From an archaeon (GTDB lineage Archaea; Thermoproteota; Nitrososphaeria; Nitrososphaerales; Gagatemarchaeaceae), in NCBI GenBank assembly GCA_021791695.1, contig JAJYWC010000005.1:696-64695 (forward strand): a stretch of DNA of 64,000 nt, read 5' to 3'. Below are positions 34,886 through 44,023 of this stretch, piece after piece; position 1 is the first letter of the stretch; each line of letters begins with the position of its first letter. Under the pieces are notes generated by a model, which was not told the DNA's origin, did no database searches, and worked only from the letters and a program-made list of their open reading frames with translations. Position numbers and translations under genes: made by a program.

Positions 34886-36067
34886 ATGAAGATAGTGGAC
34901 ATCCAGAGCACGATAGTCGAGGGGAACTTCGACTGGATAGTAGTCAAGGTCTACACTGATCAGGGAGTACACGGGCTTGGAGAGATTTACGCGGGGACCT
35001 CCGGCGGGAGGATGCTCGACCTGCTGCGGCCCTTTATCATGGGCGAGGACCCCCTCGACGTGGACAGGCTCTACTGGAAGATGTACTCTGCGTTCCAGAG
35101 GGAGCTGGGTGCCTCCCTCCTTGCGGCGATAAGCGGGGTGGAGACCGCACTCTGGGACATAGCCGGGAAGGAGATGGGCGTCCCCGTCTACCGTCTGCTA
35201 GGCGGCAAATACCGTGATTCGGTCAGGGTGTATGCAGACTGCGCCGCCGGCGAGGGCGACGAGGGCAAAAAGGAGGAGGAAGTTCGTCTCGGTCCCGTGG
35301 TCCTCAAGGGGGTGCACACGCCCGAGGCCTACGCGGCCAAGGCCGTGAAGGTGAAGGCTCAGGGCTTCGACGCGATCAAGTTCGACCTCGACCTCCCCGA
35401 CCGCTACAAGCAGGACAGGTACAACGGCTCGATCGGTAACGAGGAGATGAACCTGAAGGTGAAGCTGGTCGAGAGCGTGAGGGAGGCCGTTGGAGGCAAC
35501 GTCGACGTGGCCGTGGACTGCCACTGGCAGTACAACGTGAAGGACGCTATCAGACTGGCGAAGAAGCTCGAGCCATACGACCTGTTGTGGTTCGAGGACC
35601 CCATCCACTCAGAGAACGTCGACGCTATGGCGAAGGTCTCACGGGCGAGCCCCATACCTGTCTGTACTGGCGAACACAGGGTGTCGCGGCACGGCTTCCG
35701 TGACCTCATCGAGAAGCAGGCCGCTGACATACTCTCTCCTGACGTCCAGAAGGCTGGCGGCATCCTCGAGACAAAGAAGATAGCAGACCACGCCGACCAG
35801 TACTACATTCCACTCGCCCCTCACAACATAGCCAGTCCGGTCGGCACGATGGCGGCAGCACAGGCGTGCGCGACCTTCCCTAACTTCCTCGTCCTCGAGT
35901 ACCACTCCAACGACATCCCGTGGTGGAACAGTCTCGTGAAGTCCTCCGGCGGTCCTCTCGTCAAGGGAGGAAGGATAACCCTGCCCTCGACGCCGGGCCT
36001 CGGCATCGAGCTCGACCCCGAGGCGGTCGAGAAGCACCTGAAGAAGGGCGCAAAGCTCCTGGCCTAA
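34886..36067 (+). CDS. Enolase-superfamily sugar-acid dehydratase (gluconate/galactonate dehydratase-like)
   Basis: MKIVDIQSTIVEGNFDWIVVKVYTDQGVHGLGE, ALWDIAGKEMGVPVYRLLGG, AIKFDL, VAVDCHW, WFEDP and TGEH parallel Sulfolobus gluconate dehydratase (recalled). Confidence 0.75.
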   Translation: MKIVDIQSTIVEGNFDWIVVKVYTDQGVHGLGEIYAGTSGGRMLDLLRPFIMGEDPLDVDRLYWKMYSAFQRELGASLLAAISGVETALWDIAGKEMGVPVYRLLGGKYRDSVRVYADCAAGEGDEGKKEEEVRLGPVVLKGVHTPEAYAAKAVKVKAQGFDAIKFDLDLPDRYKQDRYNGSIGNEEMNLKVKLVESVREAVGGNVDVAVDCHWQYNVKDAIRLAKKLEPYDLLWFEDPIHSENVDAMAKVSRASPIPVCTGEHRVSRHGFRDLIEKQAADILSPDVQKAGGILETKKIADHADQYYIPLAPHNIASPVGTMAAAQACATFPNFLVLEYHSNDIPWWNSLVKSSGGPLVKGGRITLPSTPGLGIELDPEAVEKHLKKGAKLLA

Positions 36068-36072
36068 AACCC

Positions 36073-37152
36073 TCAGCTCATCTTTCCGCGCGCGAGTACA
36101 GGGAAGACCTTCTCCACCCTCTCTCCGCGTATGCCGTAGATCTTCTCGTGCTGGTTCACCATAGTGCAGCAGTGGGCGGGGACAAACCTCATCCTGTCGC
36201 CTATCTTCAGCTTCCTGGCATCTCCCGTCAGATGGAGCCATCCGTGCTCCTCGGAGAAGTGCTCCATGACCGCGCCCTTCTCCTCGAAGGCCATCGGGAA
36301 GCGGCCCGTGTCGAAGTTGAACGCCTTTGAACCTGCGTCCACGACCGCCCTGTCTTCGGTCGGCTTGCTCATCACCGTCGCGACCAGCGTCAGTGCCAGG
36401 TCGTCCCAGGTCGCCACGCCCCTCTCGACCAGCACGTGGTCGTTGAAGACGTACATCCCGGGCTGTACCTCGGTCACATCCGGGTGTCTCGCGTTTATCC
36501 AGGTGCTCACCGATGAGCCCACGCTGACCACGTCGACCGCCAGCCCCTTCTTCTTAATGCCCCGCTTGGCCGCAGACATCGACCTCATCGCTGCGGCCGA
36601 CTCTCCGACCTGCTCCTTCTTCGTCTTCGCGCCGTTTACCTGCCCCTCGTACCCCATAAGCCCCCTGAAGACCAGGTTGTTCTCTCTCGCCACCTGCTGG
36701 GCCAGAGCAGGGGCGTGCTTCGCCGCAATGCCGCACCTCTTCATCCCCACGTCTACGTCGACGTACACGTCCGCCTCCGAACCGACCTCTCGGAAGACCT
36801 TCCCCATGAGCCTGGCAACCTCGATGTCGTCGACGGCCACGCCGATGTGCGTCTTCTCAGCGACCCGAGCTAGCCTCTCGATCTTCGAGGGGACAACTAT
36901 CTCGTTGGTCAGGAAGATGTCCTTTATCCCGCTCGCGGCGAAGACCTCGACCTCGCTCACCTTCTGGAGGCAGACCCCCGTAGAGCCAGCCGCGAGCTGC
37001 AGCTTCGCAATCTCGGGGCACTTGTGCGTCTTTACGTGGGGCCGCAGCTTCACTCCGCACTCCTTGGTGAATGTCACCATCCTCTTGATGTTCTTCTCGA
37101 GCCTGTCCAGGTCAACAACTATCGACGGCGTATCGAGGTCGTCCAGCTGCAT
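36073..37152 (-). CDS. DSD1-type fold-III PLP enzyme (D-serine dehydratase / D-threonine aldolase-like, alanine-racemase N-terminal domain)
   Basis: LDTPSIVVDLDRLEKNIKRM, KLRPHVKTHKCPEIAKLQL (PLP lysine in HVKTHK) and the C-terminal VPAHCCTMVN. Confidence 0.7.
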   Translation of the reverse strand: MQLDDLDTPSIVVDLDRLEKNIKRMVTFTKECGVKLRPHVKTHKCPEIAKLQLAAGSTGVCLQKVSEVEVFAASGIKDIFLTNEIVVPSKIERLARVAEKTHIGVAVDDIEVARLMGKVFREVGSEADVYVDVDVGMKRCGIAAKHAPALAQQVARENNLVFRGLMGYEGQVNGAKTKKEQVGESAAAMRSMSAAKRGIKKKGLAVDVVSVGSSVSTWINARHPDVTEVQPGMYVFNDHVLVERGVATWDDLALTLVATVMSKPTEDRAVVDAGSKAFNFDTGRFPMAFEEKGAVMEHFSEEHGWLHLTGDARKLKIGDRMRFVPAHCCTMVNQHEKIYGIRGERVEKVFPVLARGKMS

Positions 37153-37207
37153 GTGGGCACGTCATCGGCGGCCCTTTATTTGCAGTTCCCCGCGGCGCTT
37201 CACAACG

Positions 37208-37217
37208 CTTTTGTATC
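37208..37217 (+). promoter_or_regulatory. TATA-like box upstream of the AKR TTG start (37239)
   Basis: CTTTTGTATC, centred about 26 nt upstream of the TTG. A second box (CCCTTTATTTGC, 37170-37181) serves the divergent gene at 37152. Confidence 0.4.
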
Positions 37218-37238
37218 GTCAGCGAGTGGCATCACCGC

Positions 37239-38270
37239 TTGAAGTACGTCAAATTCGGATCTACCGGACTCACGGTTTCACAGTTTTGCCTCGGCGCTTG
37301 GCACCTTCCCGGGACGGGCGTCAAAGACCGCTTCGGTGTCGAGGAGGTCGACAAGGAGACCTTCGCGAAGGTCGTGGGAAAGGCCTACGACCTCGGCATA
37401 AACTTCATCGACGGCGCGAACAGATACCACGGCAGGATGTCGACCGCCGACCTCGACCACGTCGGCAACTCGGAGAAGCTCCTCGGCCAGGTACTGAAGG
37501 GCTACCCGAGGGAGAGCCTCGTGGTGGCGACCAAGGTCAGGGGTCCCATGGCGCCCTTCCCCAACGGTCAGGGGCTGTCGCGGAAGCACATCATGTGGCA
37601 GATCGGCGAGTCCCTCAGGCGGCTGGAGCTGGACTACGTCGACCTCTACCAGATACACTGGGAGGACGAGCTGACCCCGAAGATAGAGACGCTTAGGGCG
37701 CTGAACAACCTCGTCGACAGGGGGCTCGTCCGCTACATCGGCGAGAGCAACCACAACCCCGCTGGCGTGGTCGAGTTCATGGAGCTCGCCCAGCGATATG
37801 GGATGGAGGGGTTCGCGTCAATGCAGGAGCCCTACAACCTGCTCGAGCGCCAGAAGGAGTCGGAGACGCTCCCCGTCGCCAAGAAGTACGGGATGGCGGT
37901 GATGGCCTACGTCCCGATCGCGCAGGGTGTCCTCTCGGGCAAGTACCTTGGCGGCACCGAGAAGGGGAGCCGAGCAACCTACATCGCCCAGATGGCCAGC
38001 CAGTATTTCACTCCAGAGGTCAACGCCGCAGTCTCTTCGCTCGTGGCGATCGCCGGCGAGAAGGGTTGTACGCTCCCCCAGCTCGCGCTCGCGTGGATGC
38101 TTCACAAGCAGGAGCAGCTGGGCATCACAATCGTTCCCATCCTCGGGATAACCAAGATCTCCCACCTGGAGGACAACGTGGGCGCGCTCGACGTGAAGCT
38201 TAGCGGCGACGAGATGAAGAGGCTCGAGGAGATGGCTGCGACGGCGAAGATGGGCCCAGCGTCTTACTAG
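37239..38270 (+). CDS. Aldo/keto reductase
   Basis: MKYVKFGSTGLTVSQFCLGAW, INFIDGANRY, DLYQIHW and VLSGKY are typical AKR (AKR11/12/13-like) signatures. TTG start. Confidence 0.8.
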   Translation: MKYVKFGSTGLTVSQFCLGAWHLPGTGVKDRFGVEEVDKETFAKVVGKAYDLGINFIDGANRYHGRMSTADLDHVGNSEKLLGQVLKGYPRESLVVATKVRGPMAPFPNGQGLSRKHIMWQIGESLRRLELDYVDLYQIHWEDELTPKIETLRALNNLVDRGLVRYIGESNHNPAGVVEFMELAQRYGMEGFASMQEPYNLLERQKESETLPVAKKYGMAVMAYVPIAQGVLSGKYLGGTEKGSRATYIAQMASQYFTPEVNAAVSSLVAIAGEKGCTLPQLALAWMLHKQEQLGITIVPILGITKISHLEDNVGALDVKLSGDEMKRLEEMAATAKMGPASY

Positions 38271-38323
38271 GCCTCCGGCACCAAAACGGCTATTTACCTA
38301 ACGGAGGGCTCGGCGGTCCCGGC

Positions 38324-39139
38324 TTGCAGCTCTCCATTAGCGAGAACGCCTGGTGGGGCACCGACGTCGACAGAGTGAAGGGCATCGAGGTGGCGAAGAA
38401 GTGCGGCTTCGACGAGTATTGCGCGTTCACCACCGACCTGACCCCCCAGCTGCGCAGGTCGATGAGGGAGGCCATGAGGGAGGCGAGACTCCCTTGCGGG
38501 AACATCACGGTCGTCGTGACCAGCCTCATCGACCTAAACGCGGACATCAGGCGGATGACCGTCGACTGGGCCAAGAGGCAGGTCGACATCGGTTATGACT
38601 TCGGGACGACCAAGATGATACTCGTCCCGGGTGAGTACGTCTGGGAGGGGCAGGAGGTCCCACCGAAGGTGCAGTGGGGCTGGGCCGTCGATGGCATAAG
38701 GGAGATTGCCGACTATGCAAACGACCTCGGGATACGGACGGGCCTCGAGTTCGAGACGCCGAAGTACAACATCATCAACTCGGTCGACAGCGTCGTGCGG
38801 ATGCTCGACGACATCGGCCGTCCGTACGTCCAGGGCAACACCGACTTCGTCCACATGTACGTGGTGGGGGACGGTCCGGAGGCCCTGAGGAAGCTCAGGG
38901 CGAGGCTGCTCAACGTCCACTTCGCGGACTGCAAGGGGAGGAATCACGCACACTGGCCGCCGGGTGCGGGGGTGGTCCCGCTCAGGGAATACCTCTCGGT
39001 GCTGAAGGAGATCGGTTACCAGGGTGCCATCCAGATGGAGCTCGAGTGGTCGCCCGAGCCCGCCAAGATAGTCGAGTGGGTCCAGGACGGCTACAACTCC
39101 ACCGCGAAGATGATGAAGGAACTGGGTATGAGGGACTGA
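38324..39139 (+). CDS. Xylose-isomerase-like TIM-barrel protein (sugar phosphate isomerase/epimerase family; IolE/MocC-like fold)
   Basis: 271 aa with LEFETPKYNIINS, NTDFVHMYVVG, NVHFADCKG and AIQMELEW (metal-ligand E/D/H/E pattern of the AP_endonuc_2 fold). TTG start. Confidence 0.7.
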   Translation: MQLSISENAWWGTDVDRVKGIEVAKKCGFDEYCAFTTDLTPQLRRSMREAMREARLPCGNITVVVTSLIDLNADIRRMTVDWAKRQVDIGYDFGTTKMILVPGEYVWEGQEVPPKVQWGWAVDGIREIADYANDLGIRTGLEFETPKYNIINSVDSVVRMLDDIGRPYVQGNTDFVHMYVVGDGPEALRKLRARLLNVHFADCKGRNHAHWPPGAGVVPLREYLSVLKEIGYQGAIQMELEWSPEPAKIVEWVQDGYNSTAKMMKELGMRD

Positions 39140-39156
39140 GCCCGGTAGATTCAGAG

Positions 39157-40185
39157 ATGAAAGTAGCCAACCTGTACGGCCCCCTGGACATCCGGACCGA
39201 GGACTGGCCCTTGCCCGTCCCCGTGCGGGAACAGGTCCTGGTCAAGATAAGGGCCTCCGGCATCTGCGGTTCTGACATAAACAGCTACACTGGCAGGACG
39301 TACGAGGGCACATTCCCGTACGTGCCCGGGCACGAGTGGTCGGGCGAGGTCGAGCAGGTCGGCGATGCGGTCGCGACGCTGAGGAAGGGTGACAAGGTAA
39401 CCGGAGAGACCGTTGTCGGCTGCGGCAACTGTGACAAGTGCAAGGCGGGCGTGAACCCGAACTTCTGCAGGAGTCCCACCGTCTACGGGTTTCAAACCAG
39501 GGCCCCGGGAGGCTTCGCCCAGTACGTCCTGCGAGACGAGCGCAACCTGTCTAAGCTCCCGCCCGCGATGACGCACGACCAGGGAGCCCTCGTCGAGCCC
39601 CTCTCCGTGGCGTACCACGCAGTCTGGGGGCTCGCGGGCGGGGTCCAGTCGACCGAGACCGTGGTGGTCTTCGGGGCCGGGCCGGTGGGGTTGTTCGCCC
39701 TCTCGGTCGTAAAGGGCTCGCGGGCGCGCGCCATTGCGATAGACCCGATCGAGATGAGGAGGGACCTCGCCCTGAGGCTCGGCGCTGACCACGTGGTCGA
39801 CCCGCTCAGGGAGGACGTCACCCAGCAGGTGCTCAGGCTGACGGGAGGGCACGGAGCCGACCTGGTCCTCGAAGCCTCAGGCAACGACGACGCTCGCTCA
39901 CGGCTCTTCGACGTCGCCGACGGGTCGGGGCGCGTCGTCATGATAGGCCAGACGCAGATGAAGCGGATACCCATGGAGATGGAGAAGCTGGTGGTGAAGG
40001 GACTGACCGTCAGGGGTGCCCAGGGAAGCCCGGGGATGTTCCAGCGCACCATTGACTTCCTCGAACACAGCCCGGCCGACCTCACCCTGATGATATCGCA
40101 TCACTTCCCCCTTGAGAAGACCAAGGAGGCCCTCGACCTCGCCAGCCAGAGGACCGGCAGCGTGAAGGTAGTCCTTACGGACTAG
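39157..40185 (+). CDS. Zn-dependent MDR dehydrogenase (sorbitol/threonine dehydrogenase-like)
   Basis: MKVANLYGPLDIRTEDWPLP..., ASGICGSDINSY, VPGHEWSGEV, CGNCDKCKAG and VVFGAGPVGL. Start refined to ATG 39157; the upstream part of track ORF 38674..40185 overlaps the TIM gene in another frame. Confidence 0.8.
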   Translation: MKVANLYGPLDIRTEDWPLPVPVREQVLVKIRASGICGSDINSYTGRTYEGTFPYVPGHEWSGEVEQVGDAVATLRKGDKVTGETVVGCGNCDKCKAGVNPNFCRSPTVYGFQTRAPGGFAQYVLRDERNLSKLPPAMTHDQGALVEPLSVAYHAVWGLAGGVQSTETVVVFGAGPVGLFALSVVKGSRARAIAIDPIEMRRDLALRLGADHVVDPLREDVTQQVLRLTGGHGADLVLEASGNDDARSRLFDVADGSGRVVMIGQTQMKRIPMEMEKLVVKGLTVRGAQGSPGMFQRTIDFLEHSPADLTLMISHHFPLEKTKEALDLASQRTGSVKVVLTD

Positions 40186-40582
40186 GCGCGACTTAGGAAG
40201 ATGGAGCGGTCCTTCTTGGTCGTGAGCTCGTCGAGGGAGTTCTTGCCTATCCGGAAGGTCCTCTCAACCTCGAAGGAGCCCTTCCGAACTAGTAGAGGCT
40301 GGTCTCAAGACTTATGACCATCCCGACCTCCAGCGGCATCTCGGTCGTCGCCTTCACGACCTCGTCATCGATGGTGACGGGCCGGCCGGCTCCAGCGAGC
40401 ACGGCGAAGACCTCCTTCCTCTCGCGCGGCGCGCCCAGGGCGAGCACGTTCTCCGTGTACTTCTGGTACAGCCAGCAGTCAAACCCGGTGAGGTACGCTA
40501 CGTTCATCGTCGAGCTGGTGAGCAGCGCCTTGACGCCGTGCTCGGATAGATGCTCCCTAGCCCGCGAGAGGTTGGGAGGCAT
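40182..40582 (-). pseudogene. Remnant of an M24-family (creatinase/prolidase-type) peptidase: internal deletion plus frameshift
   Basis: The 97-aa ORF joins a creatinase_N-like start (LSEHGVKALLTSSTMNVAYLTGF) directly to a C-terminal M24-like piece (EVGMVISLETSLY). A further typical C-terminus (FEVERTFRIGKNSLDELT...) continues in a shifted frame to TAG at 40184-40182. Confidence 0.55.
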
Positions 40583-40593
40583 CGCTCCCTTCC

Positions 40594-41616
40594 CTAAAAC
40601 ACCGAGAGGACGTTCCTGGCCGCGGCTTCCATCTCCTTCTTGTTGGGAGGCGTGAAGAGGATTATCTCGTTGGCCCCGACCTCGATATACTCATCGAGGA
40701 CCTTGATGAGGTCGTCCCAGTTCTTGCACGAGTGGATGAACTTGCTGAGTCTCTTCGCGGTAAGCGTCCTGGTCGCGTTCTCTAGAGCAATGGGGGTCCT
40801 GATGTCCACCGAGTTCTTGACGAATGGGGTGAGCTCGTGCCTGGAGTCCTTGAGCACCTGGGCGTGGGACTTGAACGCAAAATCGAGATGGACGACCAGC
40901 CCACCTGCCTTCTTCTTGGCGTCCTTCTGCCCCTTCCTGAACTCGGGAAGGATGACATCTCTTATCCTCTCAGCGTTGTTCCACGGACTCAGGGTGACGA
41001 GATGGTCGCCGTAGCGGCCCGCGCGGTAGGCCGCCTTGGGTCCCACGGCGGAGAAGTACATCTCGAGCCTCGTCCTCGGCTTGGTGTACATGTAGTAGAA
41101 GTCGGAGGAGAAGTACTTGCCCTTGAACGAGAAGTGCCGCGGCGCGGTCCAGAGCTTCTCCATCAGGGTGAGCCCCTCACAGAGACGATCCATCCTCTCC
41201 TGCCAGTCGGGCCATCTGTCGTTCCAGAAGGGGACCTCGTTGACCGCCTCTCCCGCTCCCACGCTGACCAGGAACCTCCCCGGGTACATGTTGTCGAGGG
41301 TCGCTGAGGCCTGCGCTACCAGGGCCGGATGATAGCGCGCCCCGATGGGCGTCGTGACGAGCGGGCCCAGCTGGACCTTCTTCGTCCTCTCCAGCGCCGA
41401 GGCCATCACCGACCAGACGAACGACGACCTGTCACTGGTGTGGAACCAGGGCATGAAGTGGTCTCCGAACCAGAGACGCTTGAAACCGAGCTCCTCCCCG
41501 TAGACCGTAGCTTCGACGAAATCCCTGGGGTCGTAGTAGTTCTCCCCAAGGTCGAGCGAGATGATTGGCTTGGCCATCGCCTGCGTTACCTTCGCGGCCT
41601 CCTTTAAGTCCATCAC
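40594..41616 (-). CDS. LLM-class oxidoreductase of the F420-dependent glucose-6-phosphate dehydrogenase (FGD)-like family
   Basis: WFGDHFMPWFH, LGPLVTTPIGARYHPALVAQASATLDNMYPGRFLVSVGAGEAVNE, WPDWQERMDRL and LWT align with M. tuberculosis FGD1 (SDHFQPWRH ... RYNPAVIAQAFATM ... LGVGTGEALNE; recalled). Confidence 0.75.
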   Translation of the reverse strand: MMDLKEAAKVTQAMAKPIISLDLGENYYDPRDFVEATVYGEELGFKRLWFGDHFMPWFHTSDRSSFVWSVMASALERTKKVQLGPLVTTPIGARYHPALVAQASATLDNMYPGRFLVSVGAGEAVNEVPFWNDRWPDWQERMDRLCEGLTLMEKLWTAPRHFSFKGKYFSSDFYYMYTKPRTRLEMYFSAVGPKAAYRAGRYGDHLVTLSPWNNAERIRDVILPEFRKGQKDAKKKAGGLVVHLDFAFKSHAQVLKDSRHELTPFVKNSVDIRTPIALENATRTLTAKRLSKFIHSCKNWDDLIKVLDEYIEVGANEIILFTPPNKKEMEAAARNVLSVF

Positions 41617-41668
41617 ACGCGGGCAACTTCACATTAATAATCCGGGCGCGCGCTCGCCGCGACGCGAG

Positions 41669-42424
41669 ATGATTCCTTCGTGCAGCAGCATAACGTGGGG
41701 CGAGCTCAAAGATGAGCAAGATCTCAAGAAGACCCTTGCTTCGATCAAGAAACTGGGATACGCGGAGGCCGGTATAGAGTATCCCCTGCTGGGGCCCGGG
41801 CTGAGGAAGGACCTCGTCAAGACTGGCGCGCTGGTCAGGGGGTACGGGCTTCCCATATCGGCCGTCGCGATCGACACCTCCCCGTCCATGGCGGGGGTGG
41901 TGACCGCGTTCGGCTCCTCGGTCGGATGGCTCTGCCTCTTCGAGAAGGACATCGACGTCGCCATCGAGAAGACCAAGAAGCTCACGGCGGCCTGCGGGAA
42001 GGTCGGGGTCAACGTCTCCCTACATCCTCACGTCAAGAGCAACCTCCTCACGACGGAGGACCTAGACCGGGTAATGAAGGCCTGTCTGCCCAACCCCACC
42101 TCTGTCACCGTCGACACGGCGCACCTGACCGCACTCGACATCGACATACCCAAGTTCGTCGCAAGGTACAAGACCAAGATATCGCTCGTGCACATGAAGG
42201 ACCTCAGGGTCAAGAAGCCGCAGGAAGAGGTCGACTACGAGAAGGACTTTGTCGACCTGGGCGATGGAGTGGCCGACCTGAAGGGGACGGTGAAGGCCCT
42301 CAAGGCGACCGGATACAAGGGAGCGGTGATGGTCGAGGTCGACTATCCCCACGACGTGTCTGTCGAGGCTTCGTCGAGGAAGAACTACAGGGTCCTCTCG
42401 TCTCTGCTCCGTTCCTACGGCTGA
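41669..42424 (+). CDS. Xylose-isomerase-like TIM-barrel protein (sugar phosphate isomerase/epimerase family)
   Basis: GVNVSLHPHV, VTVDTAHL, LVHMKD and AVMVEVDYP. Start refined to ATG 41669 inside track ORF 41561..42424, which would otherwise overlap the divergent LLM gene. Confidence 0.65.
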   Translation: MIPSCSSITWGELKDEQDLKKTLASIKKLGYAEAGIEYPLLGPGLRKDLVKTGALVRGYGLPISAVAIDTSPSMAGVVTAFGSSVGWLCLFEKDIDVAIEKTKKLTAACGKVGVNVSLHPHVKSNLLTTEDLDRVMKACLPNPTSVTVDTAHLTALDIDIPKFVARYKTKISLVHMKDLRVKKPQEEVDYEKDFVDLGDGVADLKGTVKALKATGYKGAVMVEVDYPHDVSVEASSRKNYRVLSSLLRSYG

Positions 42425-42444
42425 AGGCATCCCCTCCAAGTAGA

Positions 42445-42454
42445 AATAAATAGA
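42445..42454 (+). promoter_or_regulatory. TATA box upstream of the ALDH ATG (42482)
   Basis: AAATAAATAG, about 30 nt upstream of the ATG. Confidence 0.4.
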
Positions 42455-42481
42455 ATCGAGAATCCGCGCTCCCGATTAAGA

Positions 42482-44023
42482 ATGCAAGAGAACGTGGCGG
42501 GAACGGGATTCGGAAAACCGGCCCTTAAGCTCAGCCGATTCTTCGACGCCATACACGGTGACGAAGACGTCCCGGTCTTCAGGTGGTACCTAGACGGCCA
42601 ATGGAAGGAAGCCCCGGCGGGACGGACGCAGAACGTGGAGACGCCCATCGACGGCAGCACCATCGCGCGCGTCTACAGGGGCACGGAAGCCGACGTCGGC
42701 TCGGCCATAGACGCCGCGACGGCTTCGCAGAAGAGAATCCGCAGCCTCGCCGCAATCGAGAGGATTGAGATGTTCAGGACGGCCGCCGAGATAGTGACGT
42801 CGAAGAAGACGGACTTCGAGGAGACCCTCGTCCTGGAGGCTGGGAAGACAAGGGGCGACGCGGCGGGAGAGGTGAAGGCGACCATCGAGAGGATGCAGAT
42901 GACGATGGAGGAGGCCAGGAAGATCTTTGGCGACTACATCCCTGGCGACTGGTCCGAGGACACGCGAGGCAAGGTCGCCCTGGTGATACACGAGCCGGTG
43001 GGGGTGGTCGGCGCGATCGGTCCATTCAACTTTCCGCTCTACATAACGGCGGCGAAGATAATCCCGGCCCTGCTCTCCGGGAACTCGATCATCGTGAAGC
43101 CCGCTAGCAAGACCCCTCTCAGCCAACTCCTCTTCGCGAGGGTGCTTCAGGAGGCGGGAATCCCTGCGGGGACGATAAGCGTCGTGACCGGTCCGGGTAA
43201 GATCGCCACGCAGCTAGCGTCAAGCCCGCGCGTCGGGGTGGTGTCCTTCACGGGGAGCACCGAGGTCGGGAAGCTCCTGAACCAGGCATCCTCGGTCAAG
43301 CCCCTCCACCTGGAGCTCGGAGGCAAAGGCTTCGCAATAGTACTAGACGACGCTGACATTGCCCTGTCCGCGGAGAGGTGCGTCATGGGGTCTCTCAAGT
43401 ACTCTGGCCAGAGGTGCGACGCGGTGAGCGCGGTCCTCGTCCAGGACGAGGTCGCCGACGGCCTCGTGGCAGCCATGACAACAGAAGTCGACAAGTGGAA
43501 GATGGGCGACCCGCGAGACCCGACAGTCAAAATGGGGCCCGTGATCAACCGCGAGGCCGCGGAAAGGATAGCCGGGCTGGTTGACGACGCGGTCGCCAAG
43601 GGAGCGAGACTCGTCAGGGGCGGTGGGCACCGCAACTGCTACTTCGAGCCGACGCTACTCGACTCAGTCACACAGGACGCGAGGATTCTCTGGGAGGAGA
43701 CCTTCGGACCCGTGGTCACTGTCGTGCGGGTAAAAGACGAGGCGGAGGCGCTCGACATCACGTCGAGGTCGAGGTACGGCCTGGACTCGTGCGTCTTCAC
43801 GAACAGCCTATACAGGATGTGGCGCGTGGCCAAGAGCGTCAGGGCGGGAGGGGTCACCGTGAACGACCTCCCGAGACACGGGGTGGGCTTCTTCCCGTTC
43901 GGCGGGGTGAAGGATTCGGGGATGGGACGCGAGGGGATAGGTTACTCGATAGACGAGATGACGGTCCTCAAGACCATCGTCATCAACATAGAACCAGCTG
44001 GGCTGGGAAAGACGATGCGCTAG
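42482..44023 (+). CDS. NAD(P)+-dependent aldehyde dehydrogenase
   Basis: 513 aa with GPFNFPL, FTGSTEVGK, LELGGKG (catalytic Glu), SGQRCDA (catalytic Cys) and EETFGPV. Confidence 0.85.
   Translation: MQENVAGTGFGKPALKLSRFFDAIHGDEDVPVFRWYLDGQWKEAPAGRTQNVETPIDGSTIARVYRGTEADVGSAIDAATASQKRIRSLAAIERIEMFRTAAEIVTSKKTDFEETLVLEAGKTRGDAAGEVKATIERMQMTMEEARKIFGDYIPGDWSEDTRGKVALVIHEPVGVVGAIGPFNFPLYITAAKIIPALLSGNSIIVKPASKTPLSQLLFARVLQEAGIPAGTISVVTGPGKIATQLASSPRVGVVSFTGSTEVGKLLNQASSVKPLHLELGGKGFAIVLDDADIALSAERCVMGSLKYSGQRCDAVSAVLVQDEVADGLVAAMTTEVDKWKMGDPRDPTVKMGPVINREAAERIAGLVDDAVAKGARLVRGGGHRNCYFEPTLLDSVTQDARILWEETFGPVVTVVRVKDEAEALDITSRSRYGLDSCVFTNSLYRMWRVAKSVRAGGVTVNDLPRHGVGFFPFGGVKDSGMGREGIGYSIDEMTVLKTIVINIEPAGLGKTMR

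Noticed and set aside
36164-37696. A 510-aa + strand ORF overlapping the DSD1-type gene and the start of the AKR gene
   Set aside because: It has low-complexity Ser/Thr/Pro/Arg composition. It is antisense to a PLP enzyme with an intact HVKTHK lysine motif, and it crosses a divergent promoter region.
38674-39156. N-terminal extensions of track ORFs 38674..40185, 55078..56880, 56896..58305, 23968..25041, 41561..42424, 47064..49346 and 60462..61775
   Set aside because: The extensions overlap neighbouring genes and have Arg/Gly/Pro-rich non-protein-like sequence. In each case an internal start immediately precedes the conserved N-terminal motif, often with a TATA-like box about 26-30 nt upstream.
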